This document shows, in pieces, positions 30,799 through 39,558 of a DNA stretch of 64,000 bases; position 1 is the stretch's first letter, and each line of letters starts with the position of its first letter. Under the pieces are notes generated by a model. It saw nothing but the letters and a program-made list of their open reading frames with translations. It ran no database searches and was not told the origin of the DNA. The stretch lies in assembly GCA_963797095.1 (NCBI GenBank), contig CAWCNY010000004.1, forward strand, positions 64,001-128,000. The letters run 5' to 3'. Source of the stretch: an uncultured Chloroflexia bacterium (lineage in GTDB: Bacteria > Chloroflexota > Chloroflexia > QHBQ01 > JADMIH01). The position numbers and the translations under genes were made by a program.

Positions 30799-31761
30799 AT
30801 GAATTCTACATCCGGTTCGCTGCCTCCTTTGATTGCTATTCTCGGGCCGACCGCAGTTGGAAAGAGCGCACTTGCCATTGAGATCTGTGAGGCTTTTGAG
30901 GGGGAAATAATATCCGCTGACTCGCGTCAGGTGTACCGTTATATGGATATCGGCACCGATAAACCTGGTTGGGATGTAAGGGAGCGCGTGCCGCACCATC
31001 TGATTGATGTGGTCGATCCGGATGAGCATTACTCGCTAGCCCTGTACCAGCAAGACGCTTATTCGGCAATAAATGACCTGCTCGCAAGGGGACGAGTGCC
31101 CGTACTTGCGGGGGGTACGCCGCTGTATGTAAACGCCGTGATTGAAGGGTGGATAATTCCGAGGGTCGAACCTGATACAGATTTTCGTGACACGCTCTGG
31201 CGCGCCGCGGAAGAAAGTGGTCCAGCGCCGCTCTATGAGCGACTGCGAGAGCTTGACCCTGCCAGCGCTGCAACAATTCTCCCATCGAACACACGGCGTA
31301 TTATCCGCGCCCTCGAAGTGATCCACGCTACGGGCAAGCCTATGAGCGCCCAGCAGGCCAAATCGCCGCCACCGTACACAATTTTACCTCTCTTGCTGGA
31401 ATGCTGCCGCACGAGGCTTTACAAGCGCATTGATGACAGAGTGGATACGTATATAGAGCGCGGCCTGGTTGGGGAAGTGCAGAAACTCCACGAGCAAGGC
31501 TATTCGTATGACCTACCGTCAATGAGCGGGATCGGATACAGGCAAATTGGGGAGTATCTGCTTGGACGCGCAACGCTCAGCGAAGCGATCCAGCGCATCA
31601 AGTGGGACACGCACGCTTTTGTGCGCCATCAGGCCAACTGGTTTCGGCGGGTCAGGGGTGCGTGCCGATTTGACGTTACGGAGGGCACGCCAACAGTGGA
31701 AGTATTGCGGGCCGTGGGAGCATTTCTCGACTTTGTCGGGCCGACGAGCGGTGATGTATAA
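30799..31761 (+). CDS. miaA: tRNA dimethylallyltransferase
   Basis: GPTAVGKS, ISADSRQVYRYMDIGTDKP, HHLID, GGTPLY, RRIIRALEV. Start placed at ATG 30799. Confidence 0.96.
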   Translation: MNSTSGSLPPLIAILGPTAVGKSALAIEICEAFEGEIISADSRQVYRYMDIGTDKPGWDVRERVPHHLIDVVDPDEHYSLALYQQDAYSAINDLLARGRVPVLAGGTPLYVNAVIEGWIIPRVEPDTDFRDTLWRAAEESGPAPLYERLRELDPASAATILPSNTRRIIRALEVIHATGKPMSAQQAKSPPPYTILPLLLECCRTRLYKRIDDRVDTYIERGLVGEVQKLHEQGYSYDLPSMSGIGYRQIGEYLLGRATLSEAIQRIKWDTHAFVRHQANWFRRVRGACRFDVTEGTPTVEVLRAVGAFLDFVGPTSGDV

Positions 31762-31824
31762 TCTATAGAGCCAGCGCAGCTACTTAGAGGGCTGCATGGA
31801 ACTTTATACCAACAGGAGCATGTC

Positions 31825-33024
31825 ATGAGATTCGCAGGCCGAGTTGAGAAACTTCCACCTTATGTTTTTGCCGGGATGGCCAAGAAGTTGGCCGCCCTTC
31901 GCGCACGTGGGATCCAAGTAATCAACTTCGGCATGGGCGATCCTGACGTGCCAACACCAGAGTACTTGCAAGAAGCCATGCGCGAGGCAATAGGGGCGAA
32001 CCAGAATTCGCGCTATCCTGACTATTTCGGAAAGATCGCGCTCCGCCATGCCATCGCAGATTGGTATTCGTGGCGCTTCGGCGTGTCCCTTGAGGCCGAG
32101 TCAGAGGTGCTGCCGCTCATCGGCTCGAAAGAGGGAATCGCTAACGTGGCACTTGCGTTTACCGATCCCGGGGAGGGGGCGCTGGTTCCCGACCCGGCTT
32201 ACCCTGTGTACAAGTTTGGCACGCTCATGGCGAATGGCGCACCGATTCCGCTTCCGCTTACAGAAGAGCACGGCTGGCTGCCTGATTTAGACAAGATCGA
32301 CCTGCAATCAGGCCCACAGATTAATGTCATCTGGTTGAATTACCCCAATAATCCAACGGGAGCTACAGCGGACCACGAGTTCTTCGAGCACGCAGTGCAC
32401 TGGGCCAAGAAGAACGATGTGATCATCGCGCACGACAACCCTTACAGTGAAGTGGCGTATGACGGTTACAAGCCACCTTCGATCTTTGAGGTACCGGGCG
32501 CAAAGGATGTAGCGGTTGAGTTCAACTCGCTTAGCAAGACCTATTCAATGGCAGGTTACCGGATCGGGATGGTGGTCGGCAACGCGGAAATTATCGAGGT
32601 GCTTGGGCGAATCAAGAGCAATATCGATTCCGGGATATTCGGGGCTATACAGGACACTGCCATTGCAGCGCTCACGGGCGATCAGTCATGGATACCGGAG
32701 AGGAATGAGATCTACAGGCGCAGGCGAGACAAGGTCTGCGACACGCTAAGAGCCATAGGAATAGACGCGCCCAAGCCACGGGCCAGCCTGTACATCTGGG
32801 CGCGAGTGCCGCAAGGATATACATCTCGCACCTTTGCCGACTCGCTGCTCGATAAGACCGGAGTGGCTGTCACGCCCGGCTCCAGCTATGGGGCGCAGGG
32901 CGAGGGATATTTCAGGATGTCGCTTACTGTGTCGGACGCGGAGGTAGAGACCGCCGTGAAACGCCTGAGTGATTTCATGCCGGAGGTTCCTGAGCCGGAA
33001 GCAGCAAGCGTACGAGGCTTCTAG
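31825..33024 (+). CDS. dapL: LL-diaminopimelate aminotransferase (PLP class I)
   Basis: LPPYVFA, GMGDPD, LIGSKEG, NYPNNPTG, SLSKTYSMAGYRIG, KSNIDSG. Confidence 0.8.
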   Translation: MRFAGRVEKLPPYVFAGMAKKLAALRARGIQVINFGMGDPDVPTPEYLQEAMREAIGANQNSRYPDYFGKIALRHAIADWYSWRFGVSLEAESEVLPLIGSKEGIANVALAFTDPGEGALVPDPAYPVYKFGTLMANGAPIPLPLTEEHGWLPDLDKIDLQSGPQINVIWLNYPNNPTGATADHEFFEHAVHWAKKNDVIIAHDNPYSEVAYDGYKPPSIFEVPGAKDVAVEFNSLSKTYSMAGYRIGMVVGNAEIIEVLGRIKSNIDSGIFGAIQDTAIAALTGDQSWIPERNEIYRRRRDKVCDTLRAIGIDAPKPRASLYIWARVPQGYTSRTFADSLLDKTGVAVTPGSSYGAQGEGYFRMSLTVSDAEVETAVKRLSDFMPEVPEPEAASVRGF

Positions 33025-33039
33025 GCCACCCAACGGAGG

Positions 33040-34404
33040 ATGGTTATTAATACGCGATTGCACGAAACATACAAACCTGCCGAGCAGGCGTTGCTCATCG
33101 GCGTAGAAACCGGCAAGCAACTCTGGAAGCTCGATGACTCGCTTGACGAACTGGAACAACTCGCCGCTACCGCCGGCGTTGAGGTGGTAGGAAGGATATC
33201 ACAAAAACTGAGTTCGCCGAACCCGGCCACTCTGGTGGGCAAGGGCAAACTTCAGGAGATCAAGGCGGCACAGGAGGAGACCGGGGCCGATCTCCTGTTG
33301 TTCGATGAAGAACTTAGCCCGAGCCAGCAGCGTAATCTTGAGGACGCGCTTGATACAAAGATCCTCGACCGCACCGGCCTGATCCTCGACATATTCGCGC
33401 GCCACGCGCAGACACGCGAGGGGAGACTGCAAGTTGAGCTTGCCCAGTTAGAGTATCGATTGCCACGCCTCACGCGGATGTGGACCCACCTTTCGCGGCA
33501 GGCTGTGGGCGGAGTAGGACTGCGCGGGCCTGGCGAGACTCAGCTTGAGGTGGACCGCAGACGCTCACAGGAGCGCATCACAAAGCTCAAGAGCGAGCTA
33601 GTGGAGGTACATGGACATCGGGAACTGTACCGGCAGAAGCGGAGGCGAGAAGGTCTGCCTGTGGTGGCGTTGGTCGGCTATACGAATGCAGGTAAATCGA
33701 CCTTACTGAATGCGCTATCGGATTCGGAGGTCTATGCGGAGAATGTACTCTTTGCGACGCTCGACCCGACAACTCGGTTGATCACGCTTCCCGAAGGGCA
33801 GCGTGCGTTGCTAACTGACACCGTGGGGTTCATACAACGGCTGCCGACACAGTTGGTGGCGGCGTTCCGGGCTACGCTCGAAGAAATACAGGACGCTGAT
33901 ATACTTGTGCACGCGCTTGACCTGACACACCCAAACGCGGAAGAACAGTCCAAAACGGTCGATAGCGTGTTGCGCGAACTTGGCGTGGCTGACAAGCCCA
34001 AAGTAGTTGCCCTGAATAAGATCGACCGGCTCTTCACGAACCTTGTGCGACCGGACAGCGGGCGGGACGGTGCTACAGAGGCTGATGGGGCTGTGCTGGA
34101 TACTGAGAGCATCAGCGCGACGATTCGCCAGGATCTGGGTCTGGGGCCGGGCTATGTGCCTGTGTCGGCAAGGCTGCGATGGGGGCTAGACGACCTGCTC
34201 AAGGCGATCCAGGAGACTCTGAGCGCGACGTTGTCACCATTCAGAGCGCTGATCCCCTACAGTGAGAGTGAGCTTGTCGCATTGGTTCATGAAAAAGGTA
34301 TTGTCGAAAGTGAGGACCATACTGCCAATGGCACGCTCATCGAGGGCCGCGTTCCGGCGCGCTATGTAGGGACGCTTACGCGGTACGCAGTAAGTGAAAG
34401 GTAG
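33040..34404 (+). CDS. hflX: Ribosome-splitting GTPase HflX
   Basis: GPGETQLEVDRR, GYTNAGKST, LFATLDPT, DTVGFI, NKID. Confidence 0.97.
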   Translation: MVINTRLHETYKPAEQALLIGVETGKQLWKLDDSLDELEQLAATAGVEVVGRISQKLSSPNPATLVGKGKLQEIKAAQEETGADLLLFDEELSPSQQRNLEDALDTKILDRTGLILDIFARHAQTREGRLQVELAQLEYRLPRLTRMWTHLSRQAVGGVGLRGPGETQLEVDRRRSQERITKLKSELVEVHGHRELYRQKRRREGLPVVALVGYTNAGKSTLLNALSDSEVYAENVLFATLDPTTRLITLPEGQRALLTDTVGFIQRLPTQLVAAFRATLEEIQDADILVHALDLTHPNAEEQSKTVDSVLRELGVADKPKVVALNKIDRLFTNLVRPDSGRDGATEADGAVLDTESISATIRQDLGLGPGYVPVSARLRWGLDDLLKAIQETLSATLSPFRALIPYSESELVALVHEKGIVESEDHTANGTLIEGRVPARYVGTLTRYAVSER

Positions 34405-34422
34405 CCGGGGGATATTAAACAG

Positions 34423-34453
34423 AGAAGGGGCGGGTCTTGGACCTGCCCCTTCT
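34423..34453. terminator. Bidirectional intrinsic terminator
   Basis: AGAAGGGGCGGGTC-TTG-GACCTGCCCCTTCT between convergent genes. Confidence 0.8.
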
Positions 34454-34472
34454 TGTTGGAAGTGTTAATACG

Positions 34473-35198
34473 TCAAGGCGTGGCTGACGCCTCCGGCACG
34501 GGCGCTTGAGTGGCGGTAGGTGCGGAAGGCGAGGTGGACTCCGCGGGTGTGGCGGTCGACGGAGGTTCGCTGCTTGTGCCTTCCGCTGTGGGTGTTGGTG
34601 TCGTTGTGTCGGTGGGTGTTGCAGTTACCGGGGTTATCGGCACCGGCGTTGGTGACGGCAGTTCCACGGGCGGGCTGACGAGCCAGGTGCGCATCGGCTC
34701 AATTGTTGAGTTGATTACGGTGTAGAGCTTGTTGCCGTCGGGCAGCTTCACATAGTAGCCGCCACCATCCGGCGTTGCGTGCCCTATGAGAAGGGTTCTG
34801 GTGGTGTGGGCAGTATCGCTGAAGGTGACGGTCACGCTCATGGGTTGGCCGTCCAACCCGTACTGTGTGAGGTCGGTCGTGTCAGAAAGCGTGTATTGCG
34901 CCTGCAGGATCTGGAGCGAATTTGCCACCCCACCTACCTGGAAGAGATCGGCGGGCCTGTCGACAGGCTCTTTGATTTGCCAGGTGCCGCTTATCACGTC
35001 TTTTACAATGCTAACTTTGCTTGTGCCACTCATCACATCGAGGGCGATTGCGGGATTGTCATCTTGCCAGATATAGATATTGGGTGTGGGGGTCGCCTCG
35101 CCGGGCGAGGAGGCGTTATTGCTTGAGAGAAAGAACGCCAGAGCCGCCAGTACCAAGAGGACCACTCCCAACAGAATTGTCGTTCTGTAGCGTTCCAT
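34473..35198 (-). CDS. DUF4340 domain protein with Thr/Pro-rich tail
   Basis: N-terminal TM, LTQYGL, LLIGHATPDGGGYYV; usual position after a GldG-like gene. Confidence 0.8.
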   Translation of the reverse strand: MERYRTTILLGVVLLVLAALAFFLSSNNASSPGEATPTPNIYIWQDDNPAIALDVMSGTSKVSIVKDVISGTWQIKEPVDRPADLFQVGGVANSLQILQAQYTLSDTTDLTQYGLDGQPMSVTVTFSDTAHTTRTLLIGHATPDGGGYYVKLPDGNKLYTVINSTIEPMRTWLVSPPVELPSPTPVPITPVTATPTDTTTPTPTAEGTSSEPPSTATPAESTSPSAPTATQAPVPEASATP

Positions 35199-35201
35199 CG
35201 G

Positions 35202-36830
35202 TTACCTGCGCCTCCACCAGTTATAGCCTCCCAGGATCAGTACCAGGATAGGCAACGCGAACACCGAGACGATAGCCAGGATGTTCTTTTGCCCCGAATC
35301 GAGCACGATCGTGCGCGGAGCGGTTGCATCCTTGGCGCGGATCGAAACTAACTCGTTCTGCCCGGAAAGCCAGTCAATGGAGTTTGAGAAGAGGTCGATG
35401 TTGTTCGGATCGACCTGCTGCACGGCCAGATTGCTGGGGAAGTCGGCATCGCCATAGACGACCAGCCTGGGTTGCGGAGCGGTGGTGTCGGTGGTTGTGG
35501 TTGATGGTGCGATCTGCAAACCGATGGCTACCGGACCTGGAATGTCGTTTGTGCCCTCATCGTAGTTGGCCTGGGCATTCTTGGTGTCCGTTTCAAGCCA
35601 GCTTACGTCCGAGCCTGACGAGGACTGGATCATCTGCGTAACAACCATGCTATCTACGGTGCTGGTAGGCGGCTTCAGACCAAGAGAGAGAGGGAAGAGT
35701 GTTGGTATCTGTTTTCGGTTCAAGTCGTCGGCTATGCCCGTACCAAGATAGGTCCGGACAATGAGCACAGTAGGCTCCTGGGGGCTGTAGTTGCTCGCCA
35801 GGTCAACGACCACGCCGGAAACGGGAGTCACCCCGTACTTGCTCAACACGTCGGCCATTGGCTTGAGGGCTTCGTCCGACATCTGCGGGTCGAGTAGCAT
35901 CATCACTCGTCCGCCGCTATCGAGGTACTGCTCCAGCGCAGTTGTCTCCTTGGCGGTCAGTGGGTTGGTAGGTTGGGCGACGATCAGTACGTTCACATCA
36001 CTGGTGGTGAGCGTACCCGTAAGGAGGCTGACGGTTTTGATCTGATAATTCTCTTTGGTAAGTTGGTCTTTGACCGTGCTGTAACCAGTCTCGTCAAAGC
36101 CGTTGGGGTCGCGCTCGCCGTGACCTGTGAGGAAGCCGACTGTGAGGGTTTGAGTTTGGAAGAGGCGTACAATCGCGCTCGTAAAGTCGGACTCGGTCGC
36201 GCTTGCGGCGACCTCACGTTTCTTGCCGTCGTCGAACACAACAGTCCCGTAGCGATTGTCGAATCCAAGCTCGCTTGCTTTCGCAGGTTGCGAGACAGGG
36301 TCGACAAACTCGTAGTGTATCTTGTTGGTATGAGCAGCATACTCTTTGAGGAGGTCTTCGATCTGCTGCTGGCTTACATCGCTCTGAACATAGATGCTGT
36401 AAAACGCGTAGGCAGTGACCTGCGTGTCACGTGAATTGAGGTCGTTCAGAACGTTGATGGTCTGGTCGGAGAGGGTGAATTCCTGGCCCGCGGTCAGGTC
36501 AGCCCTGGCCGTCGGCACATTATCTACGATCACGTTTATTGCGATGCCGATGCCGATGGCGATCACCGAAACGAGCAGAGCGTTGGCGGTCAGTCGGTTA
36601 CTGCGCTTGGAAGCAGCAGCGCCCACCGATTCGGGCGAGATCACAAGATAGACGGAAAAGAAGATAATGGCCCCTACCGCCAGGATGCGCAGCACCGCAT
36701 CCCACTGTCCGATGTTCAAGTTGAACTGGGGTGTAGTGAACGCGGCCCAGTAGATCACCGCCATTGCGAAGAGGCCAAGGGCGGCGAAACCGGAAATGGT
36801 CGAGATAAGGGAGCGTGTGTTGACTTTCAT
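35202..36830 (-). CDS. GldG-like ABC transporter auxiliary component
   Basis: DLTAGQEFTLSDQT, FLTGHGER, LVVYGDADF, NSIDWL, C-terminal TM ending WWRRR. Confidence 0.88.
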   Translation of the reverse strand: MKVNTRSLISTISGFAALGLFAMAVIYWAAFTTPQFNLNIGQWDAVLRILAVGAIIFFSVYLVISPESVGAAASKRSNRLTANALLVSVIAIGIGIAINVIVDNVPTARADLTAGQEFTLSDQTINVLNDLNSRDTQVTAYAFYSIYVQSDVSQQQIEDLLKEYAAHTNKIHYEFVDPVSQPAKASELGFDNRYGTVVFDDGKKREVAASATESDFTSAIVRLFQTQTLTVGFLTGHGERDPNGFDETGYSTVKDQLTKENYQIKTVSLLTGTLTTSDVNVLIVAQPTNPLTAKETTALEQYLDSGGRVMMLLDPQMSDEALKPMADVLSKYGVTPVSGVVVDLASNYSPQEPTVLIVRTYLGTGIADDLNRKQIPTLFPLSLGLKPPTSTVDSMVVTQMIQSSSGSDVSWLETDTKNAQANYDEGTNDIPGPVAIGLQIAPSTTTTDTTAPQPRLVVYGDADFPSNLAVQQVDPNNIDLFSNSIDWLSGQNELVSIRAKDATAPRTIVLDSGQKNILAIVSVFALPILVLILGGYNWWRRR

Positions 36831-37543
36831 GAGCGATACCTCCTACCCTCTACCACCTGTACGGTCAGGAATAGGACTACCGCCGTAAATGTCAGATAGA
36901 ACACCACATCTTTGAGGTCGATGATCCCGCGCTCGAACGGGTCGTAACGGTCGCTGAGTGAGAACTGAGTGAGGAAGTCGCTCAGTCCCTGAGCTACGCC
37001 ACCCGCGATCTGGCCGATTACAAATAGGATCAGCAGAATCACAAAGGCGATCACGGCAGAAACCATCTGGTTCGAGGTAAGAGATGAGGCGAAGAGACCA
37101 ACTGCAAGAAAGGCCATGCCCAGTAAGACAAGGCCAAAGTAGCCACTCCAGATCGGGCCCCAATCGGGGTCGCCACCGAGGAGTACCAGCAGAAGTGGGT
37201 AGAACAAGGTGAGGCCCATCATCGCGAGGTAGAGACCAAGCGCGCCAAGGAACTTGCCGATAACCACCGACCAGTCTCTGACCGGAGCGGTAAGGAGTAG
37301 CTCTAGAGTGCCGGTCCTCAACTCTTCGGCAAGTAGACGCATGGTGAGGGCCGGAGAGATAAGCAGGAGCAGGATTGTAACAACTCCGAAGGTATTTCGT
37401 AGCGAGGCTTCACTGGTGATGTCGACGCTCCTCCAAAAGAAGAAGCCGATTGCGACTAACCAGAAGGCCACGATCACGTAGGCCACAGGGGATACGAAGT
37501 AGGAACGTAGCTCTTTGCCTGCGATAACCAGAAGGTTTCTCAT
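36827..37543 (-). CDS. GldF-like ABC-2 permease
   Basis: KELRSYFVSPVAY, TMRLLAEELRTGTLELLLTAPV. Confidence 0.92.
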   Translation of the reverse strand: MRNLLVIAGKELRSYFVSPVAYVIVAFWLVAIGFFFWRSVDITSEASLRNTFGVVTILLLLISPALTMRLLAEELRTGTLELLLTAPVRDWSVVIGKFLGALGLYLAMMGLTLFYPLLLVLLGGDPDWGPIWSGYFGLVLLGMAFLAVGLFASSLTSNQMVSAVIAFVILLILFVIGQIAGGVAQGLSDFLTQFSLSDRYDPFERGIIDLKDVVFYLTFTAVVLFLTVQVVEGRRYRS

Positions 37544-38652
37544 CGTCGCACCCTCCTTCTGGCCGCCACGCGGCGCACGGGGGCGGCAACAGGCTCTTCC
37601 TCTTCTTCCTCGTCGTACTCTTCGTCGAATTCTTCGGGTTCTCCGCCTTCAGGGAGGCCGAGGTCATACCTGTCGTCGGGGCCCTCTTTGGAGATCACAT
37701 CGATGAAGATGTCCTCCAGGGTAGGGCGCACGGCGCGTAATTCGACCAGTTTCTGGCCCGCGCCAACCACAGCACTCGCAATATCGGGCCGTACATCCTT
37801 ACGGGGATCGTGTTCGATCCTGTAGGTATATGTACCGGCTTTCAATTCGGTGAGCGAGCCGTCCTCGGTGGTGCCGTCGGCGTTTTGGAGAAGAGCGCTG
37901 GTCACGCCACCAATTGCACGCAGACCTTTCACCACCTGCGTGGGCACGCCGCCAACTTCCACTTCCACGTGCTGTTTCTCGCTAACACCTTCGGCAAGAT
38001 TGATTGGCGTGTCCAGAGCAACTAGCTTGCCGCGATTGATTATGATCACACGGTTGCAAACCATGCTCACTTCAGGCAACAGGTGGGTGCTCAGGATCAC
38101 GGTGTGGTTCTTGCCAAGTTCTTTGATCATATTCCTGACTTCGGTGATCTGCACCGGGTCAAGACCCACTGTGGGTTCGTCAAGGATCAGCACATCCGGA
38201 TTGTGCAGGAGAGCCTGCGCAAGACCGACGCGCTGCCTGTAACCACGGGACAGAGCTTCGATAAGTTTGTTGGCAACATCTCCGATGTTCAGTTCGTCCA
38301 TGACTTCAAAGATGCGAGCGCGCCTGTCGCGGCTGCTATTTAGACCTGTAAGCCTGGCCCTGAAGTCCAGGTATTCGAGCGTTGTAAGCTCTGTGTACAA
38401 CGGCACCGACTCCGGTAAGTATCCTAGATGAGCGCGTGCTTGCAGTGACTTTTCAGCTACGTCAAAGCCCGCCACCCTCACAGTACCGGAAGTGGGGGGT
38501 AGGTAACCCGTAATCATGCGCATAGTGGTGGTTTTACCTGCGCCGTTCGGGCCGAGAAAGCCCAGGATCTCACCTTTTTCAACGCTGAAGGTGACATCCC
38601 TGACCACGGGAAAGGTGCCGTAATACTTTGTCAGGTGCTCCACTTCAATCAT
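37540..38652 (-). CDS. GldA-like ABC ATPase
   Basis: GPNGAGKT, LSRGYRQRVGLAQAL, ILDEPT. Confidence 0.93.
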   Translation of the reverse strand: MIEVEHLTKYYGTFPVVRDVTFSVEKGEILGFLGPNGAGKTTTMRMITGYLPPTSGTVRVAGFDVAEKSLQARAHLGYLPESVPLYTELTTLEYLDFRARLTGLNSSRDRRARIFEVMDELNIGDVANKLIEALSRGYRQRVGLAQALLHNPDVLILDEPTVGLDPVQITEVRNMIKELGKNHTVILSTHLLPEVSMVCNRVIIINRGKLVALDTPINLAEGVSEKQHVEVEVGGVPTQVVKGLRAIGGVTSALLQNADGTTEDGSLTELKAGTYTYRIEHDPRKDVRPDIASAVVGAGQKLVELRAVRPTLEDIFIDVISKEGPDDRYDLGLPEGGEPEEFDEEYDEEEEEEPVAAPVRRVAARRRVRR

Positions 38653-38786
38653 AGGGAGCCGTCCTCACTTTCGGGGCAATATAATCCCATTTATTGGGGA
38701 TGGGTAGGCATATGTAGCGGTCGTCGGAATGGCAGACAACAACGAATTGTGCCAGAGGCAAATACATTTGTCAAGTTTACAAGCAC

Positions 38787-38815
38787 AAAAAGGGGCGATC
38801 CTGTAGATCACCCCT
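38787..38815 (-). terminator. Intrinsic terminator of the Rpf-like gene
   Basis: Minus strand AGGGGTGATC-TACAG-GATCGCCCCT followed by TTTT. Confidence 0.8.
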
Positions 38816-38843
38816 CGTCGCTGCGAGTCTATGAAGAACAGAG

Positions 38844-39275
38844 TCACCTGCCGGCGGTTATGTAGTAGCAGCTCCACCAGCTTTGGTGGCCTAAGCTCCA
38901 GGCTTTGGCAGTGGCGAATATCTGGGATCTGGCGTCCCACACGCTGTTGTACCTGTATGGGTTCCAGCTTCCGCGCCATGTATTTATGTGATACTGGAAG
39001 AGGCCTTTGTAGGTGCCGCTTGGGCTTGCAACGTAGGCGCGTCCGCTGGACTCGCACATCATTACGCGCCACATCTTGTCAACGCTTTGGGTGTAGGGAT
39101 ACATAGCGCGCGCCTGCTCCATCCATACCCGATACTGATTGAGCGTGGATTGGGAGGCCGCGAGCGCAGGGTCTGCGGGACGCACAACTATGAGCGCCCC
39201 AACTGACATGATGGTGGCGACCAGCGAGATAAGACGGAAACGAAGCGCGCGCGAATGCGCGGAATGTAGTGACAT
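38844..39275 (-). CDS. Secreted Rpf/SLT-like lysozyme-fold muralytic enzyme
   Basis: Signal peptide; VMMCESSG (catalytic Glu), YKGLFQY..TW, W..C; SD AAGGAGG. Confidence 0.8.
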   Translation of the reverse strand: MSLHSAHSRALRFRLISLVATIMSVGALIVVRPADPALAASQSTLNQYRVWMEQARAMYPYTQSVDKMWRVMMCESSGRAYVASPSGTYKGLFQYHINTWRGSWNPYRYNSVWDARSQIFATAKAWSLGHQSWWSCYYITAGR

Positions 39276-39298
39276 GGCTTGTCCTCCTTGCCTTCTTT

Positions 39299-39422
39299 GG
39301 CCTACGCCTTGAGCACTTGTGCCCTCTTAGCGATAGGCTGAGCACGAATTCGCTCTTGCAGCCCGGTTCTGCCCTGGGATAGTGATGCTTTGCCAACCGA
39401 TCGCAGTTAGCGAAGAGCGAAT
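39299..39422 (-). ncRNA. Candidate structured 5' leader RNA
   Basis: 10-bp perfect closing stem ATTCGCTCTT/AAGAGCGAAT around internal hairpins, plus a second hairpin next to the SD. Confidence 0.4.
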
Positions 39423-39476
39423 GGCGACTTTGACTTGGCTTTTCTTTCCTTGCACTTTCAGGAAAAACTCTTGCCG

Positions 39477-39506
39477 ATGGTATCAAAGGCTTGTAGGATA
39501 TGTCAA
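39477..39506 (-). promoter_or_regulatory. Sigma70-type promoter of the Rpf-like gene
   Basis: Minus strand TTGACA, 18-bp spacer, TACCAT. Confidence 0.55.
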
Positions 39507-39558
39507 TGGATTCCAGGCAAAGATAATACTCTAATACGAATGTTTACGTAGGGTAAAC

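Noticed and set aside
39299-39470. Canonical c-di-AMP or c-di-GMP riboswitch
   Set aside because: Conserved GCTGAATCC/GGGGTGAATC and GEMM elements were not found in the right order.
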